The notes under the pieces were generated by a model. That model was not told the DNA's origin. It was given only the letters and a program-made list of their open reading frames with translations, and searched no databases. Shown here one piece after another: positions 49,401 to 57,832 of a DNA stretch of 62,380 nt; the stretch's first letter is position 1; each line of letters opens with the position of its first letter. Made by a program: the position numbers and the translations under genes. The stretch is from IMG/VR virus record IMGVR_UViG_3300037783_000004, positions 1-62,380 of that record. One strand, 5' to 3'. The stretch comes from a virus (Duplodnaviria; Caudoviricetes).

Positions 49401-52400
49401 ACTGTCCGCCACCGAAGGCTGGTCTGACGACACGCTCTTCCCGAAAGCGCGTGAAGCCATCCAAGTTGTCCACTCCAAGATGACCCACCGGAACGCCGCA
49501 CGCCAAGACGCCATGCGGACCTACCATTTCCGCGTTGCGAACTTGGTTGGCGAGGCCGAACCCGGCGCTGGCAACGGTGAGCTGTCGGGTATACTGGGCA
49601 TTTCAGGTGCTCGCGATTTCTTCCGCCCAATCGCCACGAACACTGTGGATTACGAAGCCGGAAAGAGCGTGCTCCCGCGCGTAACAATCAAGAAATTGGC
49701 CGATGAGCTGATCATCCGTGGCGTCCACAAGGTTGAGGGCGTCGAGAGTACCGGCGATCCTACGTCTCTGGCTCAGAAAGTAGCGTCTCACTTCACCCGC
49801 AGCGACGACTACATGTTCACTCAGATGACCCCATCGGAGGCTGCCGAAGCGCTACGTCTGGCCGATGCTGTGGCCTATGTTCTGAACGGACAAACCAACA
49901 AGGCTTTCCGCAAGGAAGTCCCGAACCTCGACCGCTACCAATCAGTGTTCCGAACCGAAGACCCATACGAAGAGATGGCGATGTTCGACCTGAACGAGAT
50001 GCTGGCCAAGCTGCGTGACAAAGCCATTGACCCAGCCGATAAATTCCTGATGCTCAACCGGGCGCGAGAAGACGCTGCGGCTGCATGGTCGCTATCGTCT
50101 GATGCACGCAAGAAAGAAATCTTGCAGTTCCTCGGACAGCGCTGGGAAGTGCGCGGCTTGGACGATGCACCTCGCCCGTTCTTCGTCGGCACCGGGCCTG
50201 AGAGCGCGCGCGTTCCAAGCATTGACGGTGGCCCACCACCCAAGCAGTACGACGGCATCTACGGTAGCGGCACCAAAATTTACAGCTCGCCATACGCTGC
50301 CATCGACGACAGCACCTTGGGCTTCGGTCGCTTCGACGACATCTGGCCGGAGTTCATGCGCGAACAGGGCTTCACTGAGCAGCAGATGAAACTGATGTCG
50401 GTCAAAATCCTTGGCCGTGAGCAAGCTCTCCGCAAGGCTGGCCAACTGAGACGTCGCGCCTATGAGGCTGCTGAAGTGGGCAAGCGCGTCAAGGCTGCCG
50501 CACTGCACGCAAAAGCCAAAGGGTATGAAGATCAAATCCCGACGATGACCCGTGAAATCTCTGATGGCTTTGATGGCGGATCGCTCATCGAAGGTGGCGG
50601 CAAGGTTCCCGGCCTCGGTAAGCTGGGCATCGACCCACAAGTCTACCAGCCTGTGTACGCCCGCATCTCGAACCCCGCTGACTTCAGCGAGGGCCGCCTG
50701 TTCAAGACGACACGAGACGCTATCGATCCATACACTGGCACGAAAGATTGGACCGAGCTGGTCTATCCGGTCATGACCCACATGATGCGCAAGTACATGG
50801 GTCGCAAGTTCACCAACGCCGAGCAAATGACAGAGGCGCTGCGCAAGTTCAACCAGCGTATCCTCGCCCGCTCTGGCCCACGCGACCTTGGCGAGACGGT
50901 GCCTGACAGCTTCCCAACGAGTGACAGTATTCCTGACATTCGCAAGGACGTCATCACTGGTCGCGAACTCTTCCTTGAGTTGGCACAATTTGCTGGCGGA
51001 GGCTCTCACCAGAAGGGTGCTGCGCTCGTACGCATGGCCCTCAAGGAGAAGGGCTACGACGCAATCATCGGCACACGCGTGATCGATGGTGAGGGAACCT
51101 CTGCCGTCACTGGCGACGGACGTCTTGCGCGCCGTGGACCCAACCTCTCCACCGAGACCAACTTCCTTATGCCGCTCGAAGCCGAGCGTCAGATCAAGTC
51201 TGTGTTCGCTGAAAAGTTCGATGCCCATATGCCAGACGGCAGCCGTAACTGGGAAGAGATGGCCGAGAGTGCTCGCCACTTGAGCCCAACACTCATGAAG
51301 ATCATGGCCACCAAGGGTCGCCTCGAAGAAGCAGACGTCCAACGTCTGGCCGACGAGATCGGTAAGGCTGGCGGTGAACCTGAAGTCGCAACTGGTATGG
51401 CCAAGATGGCTGAAGGCAAGCTGCCCTCCCCGCGCGAGCAGTCTTCTCTCCGTCGCATGTGGCGTTACGTTGCTGGCGAGAACACTGAGGTGCTCCGCAA
51501 CAACGGCCTCAACTGGTTCGCTGACTGGATCAAGCCTGACCGTCAGAGCGGCACCGGACACTTCGAACGTCTGGCCGCCGCGACTGGACGCAAGTTCGCG
51601 CCTATCTACGAAGCATTGCGCTCACTGCCTGACACTAAGAAGGGCGTATCCAAGTGGATGGAGGAAGGCCCCGGCGGCTTCCAAATTCGCAAAGTTGCAC
51701 CCGGCGTCAAAGCCAAACAGCCCGCGTCTCACGCCAAGATCGTTGCTGCCCTGCGCCGCTCACCCGGCTCAGACCAAGAGGCTGCGCTCACTCCACTTGA
51801 GCGTAAGGCATACGATGAGCTGCGTCGGATGTTCAAGAACCAGTACGAAGAACTCAAAGACGCTGGCACAATGGTCGGCCACGTTAAGTCGTATTTCCCG
51901 CAGGTCTGGAACCCTGAGAAAATTCGCCAGAACTATGGAGACTTCGTCAACAAGCTGGCCGCCTATTTCATGGACGAAAGCCGGGTCAACTCCCCGGAAC
52001 CAATGTCTCTTGATCAGGCGATCAACAAGGCCCGCACTGTGGCCACGCGCCTGCAAGACGAAGACGGTGTTGCGCTTCCGCCGCCCGGTGGCGGCGCTCG
52101 CTCACCTCAAGCTGAGCACGTTGACTATCAGCGGATGATCCGTCTCGACGATTTCCAAGAGCACTTGGGAACCCTTGGCAATTATCTCGAAGATAATCTG
52201 GACGCGATCACTGCCAAGTACATCGACAGTTCACAACGTCGTATCGAGTTCGCACGCCAGTTTGGTGAGCAGGCCCACGGCTTCCACGACTACATGGCCA
52301 TCATGACAGGCGCGGACATTGGCGAAGAGATCACTCACCTTCTGTCTTCGAACAAGATCAAGAAGAAGATGAGCAAGCAGTTCAACGTCGAGGGCGAAGC

Positions 52401-54054
52401 TCCCGGCACTGTGATCGAGACCACGTTCGAGCAGCGCGTGCGTATGCCGTTCGCCACTGAGAGCGGCGTGCGAGACGAAGGGCTCTATGAGCTGGCTGTC
52501 ATCAACGCTCGCCAAGCGATGAAGGTACACGAGGAGAACGGACCTGAAGCGGCCCGCGCATTCCTCATGAGCCTGCAAGGCGACGATGTTCCGAAGTACG
52601 CCAAAGACACGTACACGAAGCGCGTCAACGCTATCGTCGGTGGCCTCACTGATCGCCAGAAGTTCGGCGCTCCACTCAAGCCAAACCAAGCTGACCATGC
52701 CATGAAGACCATGCGCGTTGCGCAGCGACGTTCACCAAACACTGGCGGTGGCTGGATGCACGACGCTTCGGACACCACGTCTCGCTTCATGCGGAACCTG
52801 AACAGCTTCACGCTCCTCTCGTACACCGCGCTGACTTCGCTGGGTGACTTGGTGCTCCCGATCATGAAGTCGGGCAACATGAAAGCATGGGCAGACGCAG
52901 TGGCGAAGTACGCTGGCGATCCTGACTATCGCGCCATGATCAAATCGTCTGGCGTTGCCATCGACAACATTGTCCACGAGCGAATGACCAACCTCTACGG
53001 TTCGTCCTTCGGTAAGAACACCGTCGCATTCTTCAACGCGACCGGGCTCTCGCCGTGGACGAAGATGAACCGTGAGATTTCTGGTGCCGTCGGATACGAG
53101 TGGCTTTCCACTGAGTTCGACCGGGCCATGAAGCATATGGTCCCCGGCAAAGACGTTAGGGACCAAAGCGCAGCCTTCAAGAAAGCCTATCGCGTCCTTC
53201 GTGCGTACGGTCTCACAGACCTGCTGGCTGACAACAAGCGCCTGAAGGATTACGATCTCCACGAAACTCCGGCCATCGCTGAAGCCATGGTCAAGTTCTC
53301 GAACGAGGCGATCTTCACGCCGAACCCGAATGACATCCCGCTCTGGGCTCAGTCTCCGATTGGCGCGATGATGTTCCAGCTCAAGTCGTTCCCGCTCATG
53401 ATGAGCCGCTACGGCAAGGACGTCTTCATGAACGCTGTGTCTGGCGGGGGTATCGGAGGCGGTCGCCGTATCGCACCGCTCGCCCTCTTCGCAACCATGG
53501 GTCCAGCCGCAGGTGCGGGCACACTGGCCGTCAAAGACGTTGCACAGATGCGCTCCGAGGAAGATGACAAGCTCTTCCGTAAGCGCCTGCTGAGCGATAG
53601 CATGTTCAAGTTCTTCGAAGAGGACAGCGAGGCGGACCAATTCGCTGGCTGGTTCTACGAAGGCTTCATGATGATGGGCGGCTTCGGTCTCATGGCTGAG
53701 ATGATGCACGATAGTGTGGCGCAGGCAGACCAAGGCGGTGCGTATGGAGCGATGCGCTTCTTCGGCAATGTCGGTGGCCCGTCAGTCGGCACAGCATGGG
53801 GCGGCTTCGACGCGGTCTCTGGCGCAATCGACGCAGCCAAGGGCAACGACACTAACGGCAAGGAGCGCGCAGGTGCCCGTGCAATAGCGTCTCGCATCCC
53901 TGTTGTAGGCGGTAACCGTCGAGCCCGCGAAGCCATTGTGGACACGGTCGCTGGGCCGGGACGTGGTGAAGGCGGAGGCGATAGCGGCTCTGGCTTCGGC
54001 TCCGACTTCGGCGGTGATTTCGGTGGTGAGTTTGGTTCCGAGTTCGGAAGCTAG
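43444..54054 (+). CDS. 3536-aa large polyvalent ejection protein (tandem HTH, zincin, ART-like domains)
   Basis: Gly/Ala hydrophobic N-terminus; HTHs at 46190-46440; HEIGH...ELFA at 48121-48330; GIYG, PVY..NP, GYD, QIKS at 50170-51210. Confidence 0.85.
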   Translation: MNENDKGAVASVDPLGATVDGEAYRNYQSRFQGLQDYTPLVPEGERYDPSVSSTSTGVEAFNDPIFIAELREYFARKGEYYDDPETLIEKFYSDQTWSNFNTIAMGRKNNEVNASSQRQLALMRRMKEVYDSTPMFWQEGGRGIGGLGQIVLAAAADPINLIGFGVGGAVAKGSVAAGKGAITAAAKGAGAAAAGEAVIGAGIGGAHDVGLQMIENKIMGTEGIDPLRAAQGAAFGAAGGAIGGGIFGGAGASFALRNATKRTKARLPGVEKLGYTAEDIELIAANPDTFDATIKDIVENQIKPDQWRAANAPAEPAAPVRPPEEAELQEVVADLGKAIDAREVDIEIARADGDAQLARQLEGEITKLKNTRDGVQKEIDDIVASRAAPDEEPDPSLSEREGSEGAGETKQKAPEPEDPEAAAQRAELVSQYREALNKARDSGTKEDFDEVDRLEQALMAARKAASKQGDDAAEQGTAAKAQEGEGEEEWDYWERDAAGEPDFFEASGRVEAPPGVDQKLWSSMLPEDRIDAARAAYDDQQFQAARAGARLSQAETDVLFGRQVETPESLRLPEEAAPEADADVEVELDASRFSAPMAARARSLGITNSDIKSVTGEAGNEKISAKQILDIWRAKSDLPEGVTIKTASAAEALQGYLNDGLLEPADLTPRTGSYSKKQIDTIANKKLEQLSADQVRSDGARPEYYSSDTQAQSFRKLLTKYGKDENWLTGLIKSEEGIADDVTSTLGKSKKYKGRVTKKTYNAVKARLEAEAGDTPSAQRAEETRQAKRDADRGTVAKVAREIATDDQLDAAFIAVGGKFGMNRTEIADMVNSVDESIAAAARKFLIDATDEATGVAAYNRIKADNTIDDMAEGQYDSEGVRIIMDNRGKKPQPRKLRPGGTLDQVLSAAKKEDGTYRTNVEISETTGLSLGTVTQYRHLLRDNGFDVGKGPTGQQLTDTGAKVAELRAQGLSHAEIGDKLGITAANSAVHLHKHLKRLKEPIIEEMADSWTPAETRRIRMLRDQAIKRRLEEAEIENDGPLGFDEEDALRRQITQDVYAQVKAERGQFVPKRSDTGVGPLARIQDGTGGDSTRGRETLGGKIPKRVARVAKKNPDIKAIGVDQAKIVASRNNKPIRFIADGNDRAQDAGRVQAGEILWYNPNEGPGKGVWSSEDMMMAKQNGRPAPVELDDVPVESTTLQTAKEISADYIAGKIDAAEFAKRMKSLDLNKVKAQETGVPNDLPPVTDDGRVLAIRSIPDSESGAVSVRVLSQKQINSNHGVAQLLGKSDISKFEIGYVERGSGSNSARALNTFEVYDPQSFRSSSYMTAREASDTFIPKNAATKWTSFRSRVEDLPTLGTGVNKEQFLNAFDVLGVKIAEGTATYRQLKSYVDQLEHSLHWDRDEAVVLSKNPEHNGDVQRISDVDTDDIDSPKLGEATRRKGTTPAYDFTDSMSKLYALIDDMVPAKLIRPDAPTLKESLNQLDSIAGSMTPREVTQLKSLLTRISQGPNAVEYNTGPGFEYTGARQGGYNQTTGKVGINTEIKGERWELPKSMIALHEIGHWLYDRGLTYAQKSQFWDQMGKYMNDEGLVDEAALARANPIDILPTVAMGVGGSNSIKKPAELFANQFMMWAARTQMEGADKLFTRYAETTSFWAKIAAYAKKIVDRFFYGKDVADDDLTDLFAALVPDPQDARILGQAPTKPKTKTGQVIYGRMFSIRDRHAQLDEAFQAQSPSAIIDAATDLANELYGLAGNSRSKDTPAFQVLNETFGAAREIYGKIYEILGYDETTKSMPVLSAGQQAARARKLEEVLQTSEDGVTFMLDGKIKYILDKARKKFNSLEGETELAIGRQFELKTASRQGKGFRKKQKMMTAARKSAEERLSKSRDDGMRLAGMLRKARPDGKSPDADSVEFQDTTDYKSLSDEALNAKMRDLGKKKDLVSQEKARRIAAELISRDNSNPVHDLIKTEVLTPDVGSAIGRELSATEGWSDDTLFPKAREAIQVVHSKMTHRNAARQDAMRTYHFRVANLVGEAEPGAGNGELSGILGISGARDFFRPIATNTVDYEAGKSVLPRVTIKKLADELIIRGVHKVEGVESTGDPTSLAQKVASHFTRSDDYMFTQMTPSEAAEALRLADAVAYVLNGQTNKAFRKEVPNLDRYQSVFRTEDPYEEMAMFDLNEMLAKLRDKAIDPADKFLMLNRAREDAAAAWSLSSDARKKEILQFLGQRWEVRGLDDAPRPFFVGTGPESARVPSIDGGPPPKQYDGIYGSGTKIYSSPYAAIDDSTLGFGRFDDIWPEFMREQGFTEQQMKLMSVKILGREQALRKAGQLRRRAYEAAEVGKRVKAAALHAKAKGYEDQIPTMTREISDGFDGGSLIEGGGKVPGLGKLGIDPQVYQPVYARISNPADFSEGRLFKTTRDAIDPYTGTKDWTELVYPVMTHMMRKYMGRKFTNAEQMTEALRKFNQRILARSGPRDLGETVPDSFPTSDSIPDIRKDVITGRELFLELAQFAGGGSHQKGAALVRMALKEKGYDAIIGTRVIDGEGTSAVTGDGRLARRGPNLSTETNFLMPLEAERQIKSVFAEKFDAHMPDGSRNWEEMAESARHLSPTLMKIMATKGRLEEADVQRLADEIGKAGGEPEVATGMAKMAEGKLPSPREQSSLRRMWRYVAGENTEVLRNNGLNWFADWIKPDRQSGTGHFERLAAATGRKFAPIYEALRSLPDTKKGVSKWMEEGPGGFQIRKVAPGVKAKQPASHAKIVAALRRSPGSDQEAALTPLERKAYDELRRMFKNQYEELKDAGTMVGHVKSYFPQVWNPEKIRQNYGDFVNKLAAYFMDESRVNSPEPMSLDQAINKARTVATRLQDEDGVALPPPGGGARSPQAEHVDYQRMIRLDDFQEHLGTLGNYLEDNLDAITAKYIDSSQRRIEFARQFGEQAHGFHDYMAIMTGADIGEEITHLLSSNKIKKKMSKQFNVEGEAPGTVIETTFEQRVRMPFATESGVRDEGLYELAVINARQAMKVHEENGPEAARAFLMSLQGDDVPKYAKDTYTKRVNAIVGGLTDRQKFGAPLKPNQADHAMKTMRVAQRRSPNTGGGWMHDASDTTSRFMRNLNSFTLLSYTALTSLGDLVLPIMKSGNMKAWADAVAKYAGDPDYRAMIKSSGVAIDNIVHERMTNLYGSSFGKNTVAFFNATGLSPWTKMNREISGAVGYEWLSTEFDRAMKHMVPGKDVRDQSAAFKKAYRVLRAYGLTDLLADNKRLKDYDLHETPAIAEAMVKFSNEAIFTPNPNDIPLWAQSPIGAMMFQLKSFPLMMSRYGKDVFMNAVSGGGIGGGRRIAPLALFATMGPAAGAGTLAVKDVAQMRSEEDDKLFRKRLLSDSMFKFFEEDSEADQFAGWFYEGFMMMGGFGLMAEMMHDSVAQADQGGAYGAMRFFGNVGGPSVGTAWGGFDAVSGAIDAAKGNDTNGKERAGARAIASRIPVVGGNRRAREAIVDTVAGPGRGEGGGDSGSGFGSDFGGDFGGEFGSEFGS

Positions 54055-54497
54055 ATTTCCTCTGGCGGCTTCTCTCCGGTCTGAGCTTCGAGACTTTCAT
54101 AGTCCTTCCTCAGATCGGTGACCGTCCCGCATCCGGCGCATAGGATTTCCCCGTTGCCATAGATGCTGAATAGCTCGCTGTCACAATAGCCACACATGCG
54201 GCGAGCGCGTCCTTCTTCGGTGTAGACGAACGTCTTCCAGACGCCTTTATCTGATCCGCACTTGATGCATTGGTGCGTGAAGCCTTCGCCAATGTCGCAC
54301 ATGTGCTCCCACTCATGGCCGCAAGACTTGCATTGGGCTGGCCCCTTCAGGATTTGCTTGCCCTCGTGGATCACGACTTCGACAACGTCGGGTTTCTCAT
54401 GCCCTTCAAATTCTTCGCCCTTCAACAGCTTGGCTTTGCATTCTTCAAAGTCGAGGATCACTGCGCTGTGTTTCGGGAATGGGATGAGTTTTGACAT
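54051..54497 (-). CDS. Multi-CxxC Zn-ribbon protein (start MSKLIPF)
   Basis: Four CxxC pairs; GGAG RBS. Confidence 0.7.
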   Translation of the reverse strand: MSKLIPFPKHSAVILDFEECKAKLLKGEEFEGHEKPDVVEVVIHEGKQILKGPAQCKSCGHEWEHMCDIGEGFTHQCIKCGSDKGVWKTFVYTEEGRARRMCGYCDSELFSIYGNGEILCAGCGTVTDLRKDYESLEAQTGEKPPEEI

Positions 54498-54570
54498 GTT
54501 GGTCTCCATAAGAAAAAACGAACCCCCACCGTAGTACGGCAGGGGTCGGAAGGTCGTCCAGAACCGCACG

Positions 54571-54912
54571 TTATGCGGCAGATTTTTCTGGCAATGAGGC
54601 AATGTGTTCCGCCAGACGATCATCGCGTCGGGCCTGCTCGCGCATTGCGGGAGTGATCGGGATGGTCCCGCCCGCCGCAAGCACACGTGCGCGCAGTTGT
54701 TCCATCCCAAAGTTCAGGAACCACTCGGCCTTGGCCAAGTCTTGCAGCGCCGCTTCGTCGGGCGTCTTGCCTTCAGGCACCTTGCGTCCTGCGCGGTACG
54801 CGTACTTGATCATTGAGCCTTGCCAGTATGGCAGGTCGGCTTCCGTGATGAAGGCAGTGATCTGGGTGCCTTTAGCTTTATTGTAGTGGTCAGGGTTGAT
54901 GGCATCAGACAT
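54571..54912 (-). CDS. DUF3310 / T7 gp1.7-like nucleotide kinase
   Basis: INPDHY...IKYAYRAGRK...DLAKAEWF. Confidence 0.8.
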   Translation of the reverse strand: MSDAINPDHYNKAKGTQITAFITEADLPYWQGSMIKYAYRAGRKVPEGKTPDEAALQDLAKAEWFLNFGMEQLRARVLAAGGTIPITPAMREQARRDDRLAEHIASLPEKSAA

Positions 54913-55189
54913 CTTGATAATCCAACTTGTGTATGAGGGTTGCTCGCGTCGTCATTTTCTTGGCGATCCCCTGTCGGAGTTCGGTAAGACGCTCACGCGA
55001 ATGTCGCGCCTTATCCTCTGCCTTGCGGAGTGCATCCTTCTCGGTCGTGGTTGTCCGCCGCATGGCATTCAGATTTCTATCAACACTCTCGATCTCAGCG
55101 ACGAGTGCGATCTCTTCAACTTGATCAGCGCCAATGTCTTTCTCAATGGCGAGTAAGTCGCTCAGTAGTTCGTCGTGTCCGTGGGTCAT
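54905..55189 (-). CDS. Coiled-coil protein
   Basis: AAGGA RBS before MTHG. Confidence 0.65.
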   Translation of the reverse strand: MTHGHDELLSDLLAIEKDIGADQVEEIALVAEIESVDRNLNAMRRTTTTEKDALRKAEDKARHSRERLTELRQGIAKKMTTRATLIHKLDYQDV

Positions 55190-56013
55190 GGTGCTTCCTT
55201 TAATTTGAGACGTTCCCATTTATCGCATGGGTCTTTGCATTGGCGATCATGAAGCGAACAGTGCCAGCCACCGTCTTCCGTTGGAAGCGAGTGCTCGCAT
55301 GTCCGGCAAACTTTTTCGATCCGATGATCGTCATCCTCTGTCCAACATACCGTCTTGCGAGAACACCACTTGCAGGCGAAGCGTTCAGGTATATCTGCCG
55401 CGCGGGTCCGGTTGCCGCCTAACGTCTGCTCGATCTTGTTCTTCACATACTCAAACTCAAGGTCATCATATTCAACGACCTCGGCGTGGTACTTGGATGT
55501 GTTCTTATTGTACGAGACGAAGAGGGCGTCAGCGATCTTGCCCATGCCCATCATCATCATCATCTGCTCATAGTATTTCCGGTGCGAAACTTTCACGCCA
55601 GACTTCACGAACTTCTCCCACTGGGCATCGTTCATGGATTTGATCTCAAGCAATGCGAGCGGACGTCCTTCTTCCAACTCCACGAGCCCATCTGCGTGGG
55701 CTTTGACATGCCCGCCGAAGGACTTCCACTCGTACTGTTTGCCCGTGAGGCCACTCACCTCAAACACAGTCATGCCAGCTTTCTTCAGGTCAGCAACAAC
55801 AGCGTCTTCGATGCGGTGGCCATCACGGAAAATCCGCAGGACGTTCGGTGGGAACGGCTCCTGCGGATAACCCCGTAGCCCCATCTGCAAGAAGGCCATG
55901 CAGTCGTTTCCAATCATGGACGCACCAATGTAGGCGCGGCTCTCACCGTCTCGCGACCATGAGGCGTCGATCTTCTCTAGGAGGTCTTCGACTTTGAAAA
56001 CAACTTTAGCCAT
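55186..56013 (-). CDS. Cas4-like PD-(D/E)xK exonuclease
   Basis: YIGAS...C, GH..E, HADG, LEIKS, Q; C-terminal Cys cluster. Confidence 0.85.
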   Translation of the reverse strand: MAKVVFKVEDLLEKIDASWSRDGESRAYIGASMIGNDCMAFLQMGLRGYPQEPFPPNVLRIFRDGHRIEDAVVADLKKAGMTVFEVSGLTGKQYEWKSFGGHVKAHADGLVELEEGRPLALLEIKSMNDAQWEKFVKSGVKVSHRKYYEQMMMMMGMGKIADALFVSYNKNTSKYHAEVVEYDDLEFEYVKNKIEQTLGGNRTRAADIPERFACKWCSRKTVCWTEDDDHRIEKVCRTCEHSLPTEDGGWHCSLHDRQCKDPCDKWERLKLKEAP

Positions 56014-56024
56014 GCAGATAGTCC

Positions 56025-56552
56025 TTAGAACGGAATTTCGTCGTTGAAGTCAGACGCCTTGTTGGCCGTGGCCGCAGCGTCTTTCTTTGGTGCCGGAGCC
56101 TGCTCGCCCAGCGCGACCTTGTCGTCCGTGGCGCTGAAGTACGCACCATACTTGCGCGGCTGACCGCCGCCCGGTCGGACGTTGCCTTCCTTGTCCTTCC
56201 AGTTGTCGCCCTGCTCGACGCGGACACCAACCTTCAGGCCCTTCATGGAAGACACGTCCCCCGGCTTGTCAGGGTTCGGGTGCGCCGCAAACGTCAAGAG
56301 CGTTTTCAGACGGGTCAACCCAATGTCCACCGCTTGCTGGCTCTTGTTGTGTACGGTAATCCGATCCATGACCATTTGGCCGAGGGACGGTTCGGTGAGT
56401 GTGACTTCCAGATACTTGCCGCCGGACTGGGCGGTCTGGATTTCAACGTCTGTGATTACACAAACGTAGTTGCCGGGTGAGAGCGTCTTGCGACCCTGCT
56501 CTTCTTCGACCCCGGACAGATCAAGGCTATCAAAGCCATTCCATTGTGACAT
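56025..56552 (-). CDS. Single-stranded DNA-binding protein (DUF669-like)
   Basis: PGNY...; acidic tail DFNDEIPF. Confidence 0.8.
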   Translation of the reverse strand: MSQWNGFDSLDLSGVEEEQGRKTLSPGNYVCVITDVEIQTAQSGGKYLEVTLTEPSLGQMVMDRITVHNKSQQAVDIGLTRLKTLLTFAAHPNPDKPGDVSSMKGLKVGVRVEQGDNWKDKEGNVRPGGGQPRKYGAYFSATDDKVALGEQAPAPKKDAAATANKASDFNDEIPF

Positions 56553-56587
56553 GTTTATCTCCTATGTCAGCGCTATGAAAATGAGAG

Positions 56588-57334
56588 TTATGATTTATCG
56601 CGAACGCGCTTCAACAACTCCGTGAGGTTCCCGCCTTCCTCGATTGCATCGAGCTTCCCGCGCGGGTCACGGGTCTTACCATGCCAGCCACGAAGTTCGT
56701 CCGTGATGACATGACGTTTCGAGATGAGACCGCTGCCGCTGTCTTCCGTGGTCTTGATACCGCAGAACACGTGGTCGAACAGCGCTGGCACTTTCTTGGC
56801 GACCTTTGCTTGGTTCACCATCGGCCAATACTCGGTCCCATCGTTTTCGTTTTTCTCTTCCTTTGCGAGGCACGTGACCAATACTTCCATGGGAAGGTCG
56901 CGAATGAACTTGAGCGCGCCGATCATCTGGCGCTCATAGTCCTGCCACTTACGCATGTCGGTCTTCTCTTCGAAGTTACGCTCAACGTCGGCCATACAAA
57001 TGTCGGACATCTCGGTGAGACTGTCGATGCCGATCCAGTTGTAGCCTTCGGCCTTGAACTCGTCAGACGCAATCAGCTTGATGATCTCACGCATGGTGAG
57101 CTGATTGTTCTCGCGGTCAAGGTTCGGGTGGTGCTCAGGGAACCAGCCTTTGAACTCGACGTAGTCAATGTCCACGTCCGCAAGAGACGCAAGCCCGCCC
57201 TCGCCGGAGAGGATCAGGCCCTTGCCGTACGCCTCTTGATAGAACCGGAATTGGTACGTCTTGCCCCAGCCGTGGTGGGCATAGAGCAAGGTCTTGTGGT
57301 GCTTGGCACCTGCTTCGGATGTGGATTTGAACAT
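56588..57334 (-). CDS. Sak4-like ssDNA-annealing ATPase (AAA_24)
   Basis: LYAHHGWGKT, EGG, IDSLT, FDHV, KTR. Confidence 0.85.
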   Translation of the reverse strand: MFKSTSEAGAKHHKTLLYAHHGWGKTYQFRFYQEAYGKGLILSGEGGLASLADVDIDYVEFKGWFPEHHPNLDRENNQLTMREIIKLIASDEFKAEGYNWIGIDSLTEMSDICMADVERNFEEKTDMRKWQDYERQMIGALKFIRDLPMEVLVTCLAKEEKNENDGTEYWPMVNQAKVAKKVPALFDHVFCGIKTTEDSGSGLISKRHVITDELRGWHGKTRDPRGKLDAIEEGGNLTELLKRVRDKS

Positions 57335-57337
57335 TGG

Positions 57338-57832
57338 TTACACCTTCTTCGTTCGGATTTTGCGGGGCTTCCAGACGATGGCGTCTGATAGTTGAAGCTG
57401 CTCGCCCTCTGGCAGCTTGTTCATCTGTGCTGGCGTCAGCGAATACGTCTTGCGAATGTAGTCCGGTACGCTGGCACCATAGATCGTGTCGATCATGTCG
57501 GGATCAAACGTGCGAGACGTGCCGCGCTTCACCTGCATCACTGCAATAGGCCCGTCCTTGATCGTGACGGTAACGTCTTCGTGGTCGCGCATCTCTGGCA
57601 ACCATGAACCGTGATCGATCTCCGCCTCAAGGGTGATCTCGCGCTGCTTGATCTCTTCCTTCAGCTTATCCATGGCAGCATACATACTGTCCAAGTCACT
57701 GATCGCTTCACGAGATGCTTCGGGCAGGGCCGCGAAGTCGATCTCAATGTCCAATGGCTCAGCGACAATCGGCTGGCCGGGACGGGTGGGGTGCGGAACA
57801 GCCCCAGTGGGGTCTTGTGCTCTAAGTTTCAT
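57338..57832 (-). CDS. Hypothetical recombination-module protein (start MKLRAQ)
   Basis: Coiled coil; position in module. Confidence 0.65.
   Translation of the reverse strand: MKLRAQDPTGAVPHPTRPGQPIVAEPLDIEIDFAALPEASREAISDLDSMYAAMDKLKEEIKQREITLEAEIDHGSWLPEMRDHEDVTVTIKDGPIAVMQVKRGTSRTFDPDMIDTIYGASVPDYIRKTYSLTPAQMNKLPEGEQLQLSDAIVWKPRKIRTKKV

Noticed and set aside
43444-54054. N4- or crAss-like virion RNA polymerase, suggested by size
   Set aside because: No DxDGD or T7-type polymerase motifs found by eye; an HMM search would be needed to exclude it fully
55186-56013. CRISPR-Cas system
   Set aside because: The Cas4-like nuclease sits in a Sak4/SSB recombination module; no repeat-spacer array or other cas genes seen
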